Assembly: GCA_001949185.1 (NCBI GenBank)
Contig: BDGG01000011.1
Span: 326,123 to 390,122, forward strand
DNA from: Ramazzottius varieornatus
Lineage: Eukaryota; Animalia; Tardigrada
Length of the DNA stretch: 64,000 bases
Direction of reading: 5' to 3'
The stretch's first letter is position 1; each line of letters begins with the position of its first letter. Below are positions 47,210 through 59,768 of the stretch, in pieces. Made by a program: the position numbers and the translations under genes. The notes beneath the pieces are model-generated. The model did not search any database, had not been told where the DNA came from, and was given only the letters and a program-made list of their open reading frames with translations.

Positions 47210-48793
47210 ATGGCCCTTCGGCAAATCGGCTCGGACCCTACCGGACGCAATGCTCTTCTGACGCGGGACAAGAACCAAACTGTACAACAGGAAACTGCCA
47301 AAAGATCTGCAAGCGAGCATGCCGTCAACGCTATCCTCGTTGGACCCCCCGGCTCCGGGAAAGGCACACAGGTACGCACTTCAGTTTACTTTTGACGTCA
47401 CACTTTCATGAGGAGCGGTTGCGGCCGTTTGTGAAGCAAAAAGTCCGTCTGTAAAATGACTCTACGACTTATCATGGCTGTGACGTCATGTGCCAGTGGA
47501 GATGGTTTTGCTAGTGTTTGTTGGTGGTTTCTTGCTTTTCGAACCGCGGTAGACGTTTCACGTATGTAAGATTTTCGTTTTTCCGATTACAGGCGCCGAG
47601 GATAGCAGAAAGATATGGGGTGTGTCATTTGGCCACCGGTGAGCAATATAGGAAGCGCAATAGAAGTCTATTGGATGACCGGAAGTTGTCGACGACGCGA
47701 GATTCTACTGTGGTTGATTGAGACTCCGTTACGGTGACTGATTGATGAGACGCTGAAAGATCTGGCTAATTTCTTTTGTTTTACAGGTGATCTCCTTCGC
47801 GCAGAAATCGCTTCCGGGACAGAACGCTCACAAAAGCTGAAGAAAACGATGGACGAAGGAAAGCTCGTGAGCGATGAGACCGTTGTGGAGTTGATCGACC
47901 ACCGGCTGGACCAGCCAGATTGCAGTCGTGGCTTCCTCCTCGACGGCTTTCCTCGAACGCTCAATCAGGCTCAAATGGTATGAAACTGTTACCTCTACTT
48001 CGTCGAGAGGTTTAGTTAGTTTGTTCTTTTGCAGTTGGATAGTCTTTTAGAGGAGAAGAAGCGCGCACTGGACACTGTGATTGAATTCGGCATTGACGAT
48101 TCAATGCTGGTCAAACGCATCACCGGCCGTTGGGTTCACCCTCCCTCTGGACGCTCATATCACGAAGTCTTCAACCCTCCCATAGTTCCTGGAATCGACG
48201 ATGTACGTATAATGTTGTTGTACATTTGGGACGTTGGCAAACGATTTCACACAGACTTATCCCAAACGGCGCACTTTCTCGTTGCTGCTAGCTGAAAGTG
48301 TGCGCCACTTGAGAAGCGATCTGGTTCAGGTCATTTTCTGAATTTCCATTTGTTTCGCGGTTTGTCAGGACGCTCACTACCTGACGGGTAGCGACGCTTT
48401 TCATTTCTGTGAATTGGACCGAGTGTGAATCTAGCATTTGCAAATCGCACTAGGGTGACAGATGCGGAATGCACATTATAAATGCGGACATATTCGCATG
48501 TAGGTAACAGGGGAACCTTTGACCAGGAGAACTGACGACAACGTTCCGACGTTGACGAAGCGTCTCACAGCATACCACGCGCAAACGCAACCTCTCATCA
48601 ATTACTACCAGAAGAGACACATACACCACGCCATCGATGCTTCGAGAGAACCCGACACTGTGGAGAAGGAAATCGAAAAAATCATCGCTACAACAAAATC
48701 CAAAGATAAGGTAAGAATATTAGAATATCTGTTTGCATGTTTCGAAACTTTCACCTGGTTTTCTTCCAGGTTTCCTTCTGCTCGCTTCAGTAA
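47210..48793 (+). CDS. AK2: Adenylate kinase 2 (mitochondrial intermembrane-space type)
   Basis: [54 protein letters not shown] and YHAQTQPL across six exons. Confidence 0.93.
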
Positions 48794-49400
48794 AGCAGTG
48801 GGAAGAAGAGCGACAGTTCTACCTGGTCCGAGAATGCCGGTTTCGCTTTCGCGAAGTTTGATGGTAGCGTATTTGTTACTTTCTTCCTTTTTCTTCGAGC
48901 AGATTAAATGTTGATTGTTGGCGGCACTTTTTATGTTAAGCTTTGGACGCTTAGAATGTTCTTTTGAGAATGTTCTTTGGAAATCTTAGATGTCGCATTT
49001 GAATTTTTACCGGTTGTTCTGTCCAAGAAAGGAATTTATTTCCGTGCTGCCCCGTCAGACTTACTACCATGAAACGAACACCGTCATGACTGTTTAGAAA
49101 TTCTTATCGTCCTGGCAGAATTAGCCAGAGTTTGAATTGTCAATGCTTTTAGAAAGAAAGCGTCCTGCTGTGCTTGACGTCTTGAAAGATCGTCAAGGTC
49201 TGGGCGTCTTTTTTGGGAAGTTTGGCGTCATCCAAATCACAGCGAAAATTGTTCGACAATCGATAGTCAACTCTGCTCCTGTGCAAAGTACGGCTAATCA
49301 GGATCTGTCACAGTAATCACAGGAATCAAATTCATCCAAGGTGTGCCCTTGCCTTTGACAGATTTCGGAGCCCTGACTAATGTCCTCTCGAGTAACCGTG

Positions 49401-49408
49401 TATATAAA
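49401..49408 (+). promoter_or_regulatory. TATA box of the secreted-peptide gene
   Basis: TATATAAA about 130 nt upstream of the ATG at 49535. Confidence 0.5.
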
Positions 49409-49534
49409 CGCCCGAAAACCATTTAGAGAGCCATGTAACTTTCAACACTCCAATCTCGTTCAAGTTACTTTCTTCCCAACTTTGCACTGCCAGCTGCCAG
49501 TCTCTTCATTTCTTTACCATTTTTTAACTCTGCC

Positions 49535-49915
49535 ATGTTGAACAGGCTGGTTTTCCTCACCTTGCTGTTGGCCGGAGTGTTAGTGGCCAAAGAGATGGCC
49601 GATGGATGTGGCATGAACCCTTTGATGGCTCTTGTGGCGGTTGCTGATAAGACAAGTAAGCAAAGTAACTACTGGCGATTTCGATATTCGACCGAAACCC
49701 CGAAACTTAATGCGCCTTTGCTTCTAAAGTCAGTCTCCTTTGTAGATCAATCGGTGGAGAACCTGATGGGTAAATTTTCGGCGGACAAGATGGCTTTCCG
49801 AGAGTTCGTGATGCTACTGGGTCGCTACGAAAGCTGTATCCGCGTAGGGTCCGGGACGAGATACCGGAAGCGCTCACCAGAGCAACAAGTCGCAGACTTG
49901 ATCGGCCTCCTTTAA
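49535..49915 (+). CDS. Putative neuropeptide/hormone precursor (about 96 aa after splicing)
   Basis: Signal peptide MLNRLVFLTLLLAGVLVA, probable intron 49656-49745, two Cys, a multibasic site RYRKR and an upstream TATA box. Confidence 0.6.
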   Translation: MLNRLVFLTLLLAGVLVAKEMADGCGMNPLMALVAVADKTSKQSNYWRFRYSTETPKLNAPLLLKSVSFVDQSVENLMGKFSADKMAFREFVMLLGRYESCIRVGSGTRYRKRSPEQQVADLIGLL

Positions 49916-51265
49916 CCTCGCCAGATACACCTCTTACCCTACGGCTTGAGTGTCACCCTGCACACCCCATGCTTCGCCTGTTCCTGTCCGCAGACACCGA
50001 CTCTATGGAATTTCGTTCCCGCTAAGCGGCTGACGAAATTATCAAAGTATCGAATCCCTTCTATCACCGTGTCCCGTTATGTACTGTATGGCATAAGGTA
50101 GTAAACTAGCAATTGTCCAAACGCAATGAAGTTGGTCGCAGAAGGTTACTTCTATTGTGGTATGCTGGTCCACCGTAATAATCTGCCAGAGCGCGAGACG
50201 CTCCCGCGTATGCAGGGCATTTCGTGATACCAGCTGTTACCAGATACTCGTTACTCCTTAGCTCTATAGTTGGAGACTTTCCAGTCCGCTATATCATACT
50301 GTCAAATATTATAGTGGTCTTTAAGTGTTGGTTTCCAAACTCAGAGCTTCCTGATTTTAAACGTATCACGCATCCCGAGTAAAGCCCTGCCAGCCCGCCT
50401 ACATAACCTTTGGGTATACTTAATACCTTGAGCACCGGGTGGGAAACTCACTTTCCCGGCGCACACTACCGGTAATATGTACGAGAAGCGAGGTCCAAGT
50501 CTCACTGGTAAACTTTACCCAGTCAAGTTCTGAAGGCGGCGCTGCCATGCGAAATTAGCTGGCGTTTATCAGGCGGACTCGGGAAAAGTGGGTAAAGTTT
50601 TAATCGTTCCGCAGTCGAAATGCAGTGCAGGCCTTGATCCGATGATTGCCCAGACGGGCTGCGCCGAAGTACAGCACGGTGCTACGTTTTGAAGACAGTA
50701 TTTCATGTGGCCATATCTCTCTGAAACTTGGACAGATTTCGCTGATTCTGCTTCCAGAACGCAACCAAAGGCTTACTCCCGATGTCACAGCCAAGGAGGG
50801 GGAAAGAAAACTAACTGTAACTGACGCATACCCCTCAAAACAACTATTTTTCAGTCGGAAATTTTGACTTCCGCTGACGTGATGCGCCATTAGAATACGA
50901 AAAAACGGCACTTGGTTAAACCAGCGCAACTCCTTCCTTTCGCATCTCTTCCCTCCCACTCAACTCTCAGAACTAAGAATTAGTTTTAAGCAACAATCCA
51001 GTACCTGGAGTGTTTTGATCCGACCATTGTGGGCTGGGATATGAGGATGAGAAGGTTCTCAAAATAATATGGCGTCTCTCCCTGGTTTATCAAGGGATAT
51101 CAGGTGTATTGCAACAAAAAGGACAGCCTACAAAATTCGCAGAGCTCGTTGAAGATCATCCCGTAAAGAACAGCCACAAGCCAGGTAAATTTTGGAAGAT
51201 GAAAAGGGAGCAAAGCAAGGATAGGCTTCACTGGTGCAGTTGGCTAAATCTTGCAAAAGCAAACG

Positions 51266-51618
51266 TTTTCGCTTGAAGTGGGTAAAGTTTTAGCTGTTCT
51301 GATATCGAATAAAAAGGGTAGTGTTACGTCATCACTAGCCTAAGGCACACGTTTCAGAAGAGTGTGATTTTGCTCGGTCGGGCACATAGGCGTTCTACTT
51401 GGCCCGGCTTGCTGTTCCCTCTGCAGAAAGCGTGCTCCCTAATATCGGAAGAGATTTTCGATCGACTTCCGTTCTCGAATCCCATCACTCATGATCTTCC
51501 ACGAACTCTCACTCTAGTCAGGCTCAGCACGAGGCAGGTTATTGGGAGATGGTTGAGAATCAATTTGAAAGGTTGGGAGCGGCAGGTTTTTGAGAAATCT
51601 TCAGTGGGTAAAGTATTC
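51266..51618 (+). repeat. Second copy of the 21745-22090 repeat; GTGGGTAAAGT motifs also at 50588 and inverted near 50512
   Basis: Direct visual alignment to 21745-22090. Confidence 0.7.
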
Positions 51619-52218
51619 ATGAGTCCGGCAAACGGGTAAAGTAACTTTACTAAAGTTGGATCTCGCTCGTACGTGGCGAGATTTCAGATTAACTTTTGCT
51701 GCTTCCTTTTTGCCCTTTGCGATGAATCAACTTCCCTCCGATCTATCAGATACAACCAGCAGCCACTCGACAGTCTATCTGCAAAACTGTCTGGAGCTTT
51801 TCCCGTTTTCGATGGAAATTTCGTCCTAGCCAGCAAATTATTCTTCAGTCAGGCTCTCGGTTGGGCCAGAGTGTCCAAAAACTTCCAGCTCTAGTCCAAA
51901 CATCTCTGCACCTAGCGCGTGTTTCAGATTCGAGAAATGGTTTTTCCGGTGGTCGAGAAAAAAAACATGAAGGTTGGCCGTTTCAAGTTTATAGATGGCG
52001 CACTGTACACCATATTCTCAAATTTCGGCCAGTCGAGAAGGTGGACCTGTTTGACGACGCCCTTCAGTTTCTACCAGTCAAAAAGGGCGAAAGTGACCTT
52101 CCCACCCGGTATTCTGAAAGCCCAAAATCGCGTGGTGCTCAAGGTGTTAAAAGCCTCGTCTCTTCACAGAATCCAAATTAATTACCCCGATGAGTGTATG
52201 TTATGTCATGTGCGTGTA

Positions 52219-52421
52219 CAGTATAGGCAAATAAGGTACTTTAAAAGGGGGAGGGCCAAAATCGAGTTTTCGACAAGTGACGTGGAAACTCCGGCTCGAA
52301 GTAATCAGCAGATCAAGCGGCAGTTCACGTCTCTGGATTGCAGCTTGATCAGCTGTTTGCTTTCTGCGTCACGTCGATTTTGGCCTTGCCCCCTTTTAGA
52401 GTACCTTATTTACCTACACTC
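52219..52421. mobile_element. Tc1/mariner-type MITE
   Basis: About 46-bp TIRs starting CAGTATAGGCAAATAAGGTACTTTAAAAGGGGG, flanked by TA at 52217-52218 and 52422-52423. Confidence 0.8.
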
Positions 52422-52423
52422 TA

Positions 52424-52601
52424 CCAGTCCTGCGGAGCTATTTAACTCGTTTAGCTCATTTCGCTATTCTTCTACGAGGTTTTTACAAAGAGTGCATCCA
52501 GGTTCGTTTGCTGCATAACCCTGTTTTGCGTTTTCGTAGAAAAAAAGGCAGATTTAGCTCGCGAGCTGAAACGAGCTAAATAGCTCCGCAGCTCGGCCGT
52601 G
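52424..52601. mobile_element. MITE / foldback element
   Basis: Inverted arms TGCGGAGCTATTTAACTCGTTTAGCTC (52431-52457) and GAGCTGAAACGAGCTAAATAGCTCCGCA (52563-52590), with TA on both sides. Confidence 0.65.
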
Positions 52602-52606
52602 TACTA

Positions 52607-52710
52607 CAGTGCTGAAAATGCATCCCTTCCGGTGGTCACGGGACGTCATCTACCATTGATTAATGTTATAAGACCACATGACCGCCGGAAGGGATGCATT
52701 TTTAACACTG
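52607..52710. mobile_element. Tc1/mariner-type MITE, 104 bp
   Basis: 32-bp TIRs CAGTG(C/T)T(G/A)AAAATGCATCCCTTCCGG(T/C)GGTCA, flanked by TA at 52605-52606 and 52711-52712. Confidence 0.85.
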
Positions 52711-53206
52711 TACAATCTGATGACTGGTGGAAAGAGACCGGTTTCATCACGCAGGTAAACTAATGAGGAAACCGCTTCCGAATTTCTGAACGTGGTGAAT
52801 CGATGCATTTGCCGATGGTTAACCGGTATAACTTTGCGGTAAGGTACGGTTATCGGTTTATCGAAGACTCGAACAAGTTGCTTTTTGTGTTAAAACAGCA
52901 TTGATATTGCATAAAACATGCAAGAACATTCGCTCACAGAGCATACGATAAATTAAAGGCACTTCAACACTGCGCGTTACACCGATCACAGATTTTTATA
53001 CAAATGAAAGAGATGACACTGTCCATCGACCTCTACACAGTAGGGGGAACACGAAAAGTATGCATCAGCTGACAAAGCGACGTGTCATGGTAGGTGGTGT
53101 GTTCGATTCATTCCGTCAACAAGGTAGCAATATACAGCGGAGTGATTTCGAGGCACTATGGGTAAGCGAAGGAACTTTGGCGAAGAGTGTCATCGTGGCG
53201 AAAAAC

Positions 53207-53730
53207 TCAAACGTTCCTTATCTGCAAGAAAAAGAGCCAGAATTAACAACTGAGCAAATACTTTGCTGTAGTTGAAAAAATTTGAAGAGACTGTTGCTTA
53301 CCGATGAGCTTTTCCTTCTGAGTTCAAGTAATATGTTGCGGTCAAAGACTGGCAAATCTGGTACCACTTCGACGTTACCCAGCTGAGCGAACTGTTGATC
53401 GGTTGATTGTTCGGTCGCAGGCAGCGGACTGGGCGTACTCGGAGTTTGGGTCGCTTCTTCTCCGGTAGGCTTGAACGGCTTAGGGTCTTTGGGAATCTCG
53501 TTCAGACTGTCGAAGTTGGCACTTTGAGGAAAAAAGTCATCTTCCGAGTTATCCTCCACGACGTCGTCTCCGAGTTCCACCACTTGAACCGACGAGACAG
53601 TTGTGCTTTCGGCTGTCGCTTGAAGAGCCAGCGACCACAAGGGTGAGCTATCCAGCGGTCGTCCGTTGACCGAAAGGAGATCGCTGAGGAAAACGAGGGC
53701 CGAACTGAACAGAAACACGGAAGGATTCAT
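53207..53730 (-). CDS. Small secreted acidic, probably disordered protein
   Basis: Signal peptide MNPSVFLFSSALVFLSDLLSVNG-RP, a D/E/T/P-rich body, a GTAAGC donor near 53302 with a short last exon, and TATATAA on the minus strand near 53871-53877. Confidence 0.6.
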
Positions 53731-56228
53731 TGTGACTAGCAAGGAGAGTATTGGAGTCTTCGAAATAAAGAGAACAGACGAGAACTAAGAGAAGAATAGT
53801 TGAGATTTGCAAGGGGAAGGAAACTTCGGAAAGTTGTGAGAATGATTGGATTGTATGAACTGTGCCGTACTTATATACGACCCGTCCCTTGTTATTGTTG
53901 TTGAGAAGCCGTAGCTGTCAATCTTGGTCATGAGTCAGATATTCAAAAAAACATCAATGACGACAAATAAAGCTGGTGGTTTTTTTGTGAGCTGCGATAG
54001 CCAGCGGCTGGAGAAAATACGGTATGCACAGCAGGTAGCGTTTTTGCCGTCATGCATGTCTCTGCGCTCTTGTGGCATCTACCGGGATTTGAGTAACGGT
54101 CATACCCCCATAGTACTCTACGTACGCTGTTTTGTGCGTCACAAGTCATAAATCACCACCGAAGGCCATCGTTTTGTCTGTTTCATTGCTACAACAAATG
54201 AATGGCGCCAGACTGCATCGGCGTCATACCAAAATGTTGTCGCCGCATTCCGCGCCGACTATGCAAGCCCGAGCAAAACAATAAGCGGTCCGAATAACAT
54301 ACCTGTCAATCTGCATTACCACAGAACAATAAGCAAACATGTTGTTTAGAACTCTTCCCACTGGGAAAGAGACGTGCGTTTCCACGTCCACAATCCATAT
54401 ACAGCTTCTCGCCTGGAAGCTCTACAGAGTTCTCCATCCGGGACAGAAAAGTTTTCGTGGCAGCAAATAACTTTTGCGACAGTCACCGGGAATTTATTTC
54501 AGCTTCAAGTTGGAGCAGTACTCTGATAACCCAGTAGATAACCTTCTTGAAATTCAAGGGCGAGTCGCGTTTGAGTCAGCCGACAAGGTGTTAGACATCA
54601 GATTCGAGAAACCTGTCCAGCACTGTGATGTCAGCAGTGAAATTCGCTTCCGCAAGATGTACAAAGGCGACATCGTGCTTGTTTTCGTGATTGATGCACT
54701 TCAGCCTGATAATGAAAGCCAGTTTTCGCTTGCTCCGGCAGCCAGAGGTATGCACCGTGCAAAACCATTTTATTATTTCTGGTTCAGGTTGTGAAAACCA
54801 TTAAAAAAAACCCTTACAAAAACTGTGAAAATCTTTGATATATGTCCTGCGCCAAAAATGAACATACTGTACGTGAGTATTACTGTACTTTGGTAATCAG
54901 AATGTTTCGAGGCTGCCTAATCGTCGTGTGAATGCGTACAATCGAAGGGTAAATTGCAGGTCAGTTTTAGTTCCATTTCAACTAAGAATATTTCAGGACT
55001 GGTGGCTGTTCCAGCATACATGTCGCTCGTCAGTACTGCTCGTTATTATGAAAAGAAAGCCATTTTTTCGCCATATTTCGCCACTTTCATATTGTCAAGT
55101 AAAGCGCTTCCACATATCTTGTCAGACGTCACACGTGTGACATTGACGTGTCTGATTGTACTCGAGAGTCTCAAGTCCCTTCTTTTATTTTTGGTGCACA
55201 TCGACTTGTACGAAGTAGTTCTGTTTTGCTTCATTTAGAATTAGTGATGCGTCTTTTTCTGACTACATCCGCACCGATGTTGCAGCACGAGACTTTTCAT
55301 ACCTGCTTGTCGAGGTGAACGTTCGGTAGAGTAGCTGTATCTTCTCGCAACTATCTACATCTTGCGCCCGCTCAAGCGTAGAGTAACAAAGCCATTTGAG
55401 CTAATGGTATGCGACAACATCGAAGGCGCAATCGACTTGTTTTCCCATACGGATGATAGCGTACTGTTCGGAAGTGAAAACAACAACAACAGCTTCCGGC
55501 TGTCATTAACGTTGTTATCGGAAGCATGGCGCCCATTCTGTCCCGTGGCAGTCGTCGCTGTTGTTCCACGCCGAATTAGTACACTCTTAGTGTTTTGCGT
55601 GAGAGTTCTTCATTGGAGCATTTAAGGCAACCGGTCAACGACAAAGGACTGTAGTTTCGCACCGAAAAGCGCTATTGCTCAGCAAACCTACCTAAAAAAA
55701 TCGAATAATTAAAATATTTCTCATTCTCAAAAGGGAGAGGTTTCTGAGCTCACCAGGGACCTTTGAGTTTTGCTCCTTCTTATGACAGAACACAGCCTTG
55801 GGCAACTTTCACCAAGTACAAGATACCCGCCGGAATACCAGTCTCAAAACTCCGAGAAATTTTGAAGTGTACGGGTTCACTGTGACCATTGCAATGTCCT
55901 ACTTTTCAATCACAGTGATCAGACTTGCGTGATCACCAGATCTGATCACAGATGTCACCGTCGACGATGGAACTGCTCTAGATCTTTTTAGTAGCTATCT
56001 GCTGTTTCGTTTCAACGAAACAAACGTTCTGTCATTTTGCTGAACTTTCGTGGTAAGGTCTCCACTCTGCACCACTCGACAATGGCTGCACTGGCAGTTC
56101 TTCGAAAAGTTCAAAATACTGGTTCCGTTAATCTTACAGTGAACCTTTCATTTGGAGATTTCTCCAAGTTCAAAGTGGTATTCCGCCGGGTCTGCTGCTT
56201 CATGAAAGTTTCCAAGAACCTTGTCTAT

Positions 56229-56429
56229 CATCAGGACGAGCGAAGCGAGGAGTTTATAAGTCTGTCACGATTTCAATGGATGTCGCAAATGCCGAAGCTT
56301 TCTGAAATCGCAACCTCTGCAGTGTAAAATAATGCTTCAGTTGATCCGGGTGCAGAAAAGCTCTACTCGTGAACCCTGTGCGTCTACGCATTCGCTCGTT
56401 CTCTCCAGTGGTCAGAATCACCGGCTAGT
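56229..56429 (+). mobile_element. Short non-autonomous Helitron/Helentron-like element, copy 2
   Basis: 5' GACGAGCGAAGCGAGG, a body similar to 6370-6520, and the 3' hairpin CCAGTGGT-CAGA-ATCACCGG followed by CTAG-T. Confidence 0.6.
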
Positions 56430-57126
56430 GTTAAAAAGTAGAAGTCGAAGATTTCGGGTGAGCTAAGTAACCGTTCTCTTGTCAGTACAGTCCGGTCGCT
56501 CGAAATTTGGTACCTACAGGTTGATCCTAATTGACTGAATGGATTTTGCAAAGTTTTTGTACAACTATTCTTCTTCGGCAGATATCGTCAAGCTTCTGCT
56601 CGTTCGATACATCTCTTAAGATCCTGCTATTTATGTTGAACAAGCTGTTCGCTCGCCTTCGGCTCGCTCGCAGCTTGCTGTGTCGTAGGAAAAGATACCG
56701 TTGAAGTGCGTTAGCCCAACACCAAAACCGAGTCAGAATGGGACACAATTGTATAGGCGTGGACCCCTTGGAAAGGGACTAACTGGAAACTAAAATCACC
56801 CCATGTTAGGTCATGACCAGAACTCAAGGTGAAACCGGAAACAAAGTACTCTCCGACAACGGGATAAACTGCCTTAACACCTGCAGCACCACGTGTTTTA
56901 TGTCAAAATTGAACCATGGGGTGCGAAACGATCCCAGAGTTTCTGACTGGTTTAGAAACGAGCGCCACCGTCCCTTGACCAATAGCAACGTCCCCATTCT
57001 AACCGGCGCATGACACCATGTGTAGTAATCATTTAATCCACCACTTCATCGGGGAAACACAGGACAGAAGAACAAACAGCCTCCCCAAGTTTACTAATAC
57101 GAGTGAAACTATTCTTCTCACACTCA

Positions 57127-59473
57127 CGAGGGGATTATGCCTGTCCCCACCTCTTTTTGGTCAAACTGTCCTGGCGGACCGAGAGAGGAGAGTCTCTTCT
57201 AGGATCTGAGCCAGTGAGCTAAATCCCGCGTCGATCCTGGAACAAACTACAGGGACTCGGGAGTGACGTCAAAAGTAGGGCGGTATATAAGCAGAGTAAT
57301 GAACAATCAAGACTTGATTGTTCGATGGTTGATTTGGTTGTTGATTGAGCATGCGCTTCCTGCTCATCAAGTTTTCTGTTGTTTTTCAACCTTCTCTAAT
57401 TTGCTCATTCACTCCCGCGCTTCTCTGAAATGGAATCCATCAACTTGCTGAATGTTATCAAGCTGCTGGAATGGGACTAAAAACTGCACTGCCGTATCGA
57501 CGTCTTTCCAAGCGAAGCTGACAGGCAGTTCAAGGACATAGTTAAAGGTAATCCTGCTGTGCACTGGAGCTCAAAAACAAAAAAGATACTGATTTGATTC
57601 GTAATATTTCCTAGATTTCATCGACCGAAGATCACCCAAAGTGTTACTCCTGTGTATGCCGTTGAAGAAGACCTCCAGTATGATCTGCAGGTCCGCGTCG
57701 AGTCATTTGAAGATTACGAAGCATCTGTTGTCCAGTGCAACCTGCTGAATGGCCGGAGTGAAGCTGACTTCGACGTTACGGAATCTGATAGACTGCTTGA
57801 GCCTGTTTTCAGCGGAACTGTACCTTCTTCCTATGAGCTATACATCCCACGACTTCCTAACCTCAAGCTTCCAGTGGATCAGTTAGTCAACTTGGAGTAC
57901 AAGAAACGTGCGGTTACATACTGGAGAAACGCCGTGAAGAAGAAGCGTCTCACGTTGGCCACTGTTCAGAGAAGTTTTAGTAAAGTAACCAGCATACGAC
58001 AGCTGTACGACTGAGAAAAGCAGGTAGTGGAAGGCGGTTCCAGGCTGGACAAGTTGAAGGCTATACGTTTGGATGTCGGTAAACAGTTCTTCCTCGCTAA
58101 AAGGAAAAAGCAAGTGGTCAAGGATTTGGACTTACGTCGATGGGCTCTCACTGCGAACGAAACGGTGGACTTGGCCGGTTTCACTGCTTCCCCAGACTGG
58201 ATCGGAAAACTCAAACGGTACCAACAGTTTTTTGTGCTTCGATTTCCTTCAAAAACGAAATTAGTATTTTCTAGATATTATGGGATCGTTGACCGGAAAA
58301 TAACCAAGTTCGTCACCAAGAAATCGTACAAGAAGCGCCTCACGTCAAGGAAAATGCTGAAGCCTGCGTTGCGCTTGTCAGATCAAGGATCACAGAGTAC
58401 GGGTTAGACTGTCTGTGGAATGCGGATCAGTGAGGCTTTGAGTATGAGGTCAGACCAAGAAGAAATTTCGAACTTGCTGGAGTAAAACACGTGGAAGCGA
58501 TCACCCAGTTGGAGAATTCCATGACACATAGCTACACTGTGATGATGGCGGTCTCCCCGGGCAGGCGTAAGTTTCTTCCTGTTCTTTTCCTAACGCTGAA
58601 AGAAGAGAAAGGAGTGTTTGGTCCAATCGTGTCGAGAACGATGTTCAAGGCTGATAATCTGTATGTCACTGCTCCGACATCCGGGAAGATGACCAAGAAG
58701 CTCTACTTAGAGTGGTCAGAAAAAGTTCTTTTCCCTCATATGGAAGAGCGGTGCGTTTTCTTGGCCGACTCGTGGAAGACCTTCACAGATCAAGATTCTG
58801 TGATTGAACTGAAGCTGGAAGAGCTGGAGTACGAAATGCTGACCATCCCTCCGAAAGTTACCGATCAAATTCAACCGCTGGATGTGTTATGCTTTAGGAT
58901 GTACAAAGGCTGCTTCAAGAAGATATCCGACTTTGTCTTTTTGCACGATTTACCAGTTCAAGTGCATCATCGCGATGTGATTCTGAGATTGCACTCTTTG
59001 CTGTATCAACAGTTTCAGTCGCCCAGGTTCGAAAATTTGATAGCTGAAGCTTGGCATAAGTCGGGATATACCGACGAACGTTTCATGTATGTTAATCCAG
59101 CCAAGTTTGTTTTTGATAAGCTGAAAGCCAGTTGTCTTCACGAGAACTGCAGAGACATTGTTCTTCTGGTTTGCGGGTGGTGCAAGGCCCGTCTTTGCTT
59201 CCATCACTTGTATGACGCTCATCTACTTGCCGTAACAAGTTTGTTTACTGATGGGTTTCAGGGTTCGTTTGTTAGGTCTAACGTGGACCTACAAGACATC
59301 ACGTTTCTACGTTATTGGCATAAATTTCTGATGTCAATTCCGAGTCCCTGTAGTTTGTTCCAGGATCGACGCGGGATTTAGCTCACTGGCTCAGATCCTA
59401 GAAGAGACTCTCCTCTTTCGTTCCGCCAGGACAGTTTGACCAAAAAGAGGTGGGGACAGGCATAATCCCCTCG
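57127..59473 (+). mobile_element. Tc4/Tc5-like (pogo superfamily) DNA transposon, 2347 bp, full length but defective
   Basis: About 145-bp near-identical TIRs (57127-57270 / 59330-59473) and a 3-bp TSD TCA (57124-57126, 59474-59476) that reconstructs the target CTCAG. Confidence 0.93.
57430..59235 (+). pseudogene. Tc5-like DDE transposase with two probable introns and several stops
   Basis: CENP-B-like HTH (DLRRWAL...FTASPDWI..LK) and DDE motifs NADQ*GFEYE, FLADSW and IQPLDV, plus a C-terminal Cys/His cluster. Stops at 57478, 58012 and 58431. Confidence 0.88.
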
Positions 59474-59660
59474 TCAGAACAGATTACTTGTGGTGCAATT
59501 CACAGACAGGGATATCGAATGTACTGCAGTAAAGCAGGAGGATAAACCAGGACAGATTTTAAACGGGATGGGGCGTGAATGACGCTTTCAACGTACTAGA
59601 AAAAACACGATCTGAAGGCCAGTTAGATTCCGAGCATTGTGAAATACAGCTCTGAAGTTT

Positions 59661-59664
<4 letters not shown>

Positions 59665-59706
<42 letters not shown>

Positions 59707-59768
59707 TACGGTATATATACATATATACGGTATATATGTATATACCACATATATGTATATACCATATA
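59665..59768. repeat. (TA)n microsatellite with a degenerate tail
   Basis: Directly visible. Confidence 0.95.

Noticed and set aside
46823-47320. 165-aa minus-strand ORF overlapping the AK2 start
   Set aside because: Antisense to AK2 exon 1 and has no recognisable motif.
51861-52518. 199-aa ORF 51919-52518 and its overlapping ORF
   Set aside because: Runs through MITE sequence and has no recognisable domain; probably spurious.
54350-55450. Possible degenerate DDE transposase on the minus strand (HDVAFVH...KKVIYW)
   Set aside because: Too many stops and only a weak motif resemblance.
56750-57120. Possible LINE 3' remnant interrupted by the Tc5-like element
   Set aside because: Only a vague FFSH/RT..W resemblance and no reverse-transcriptase core motif.
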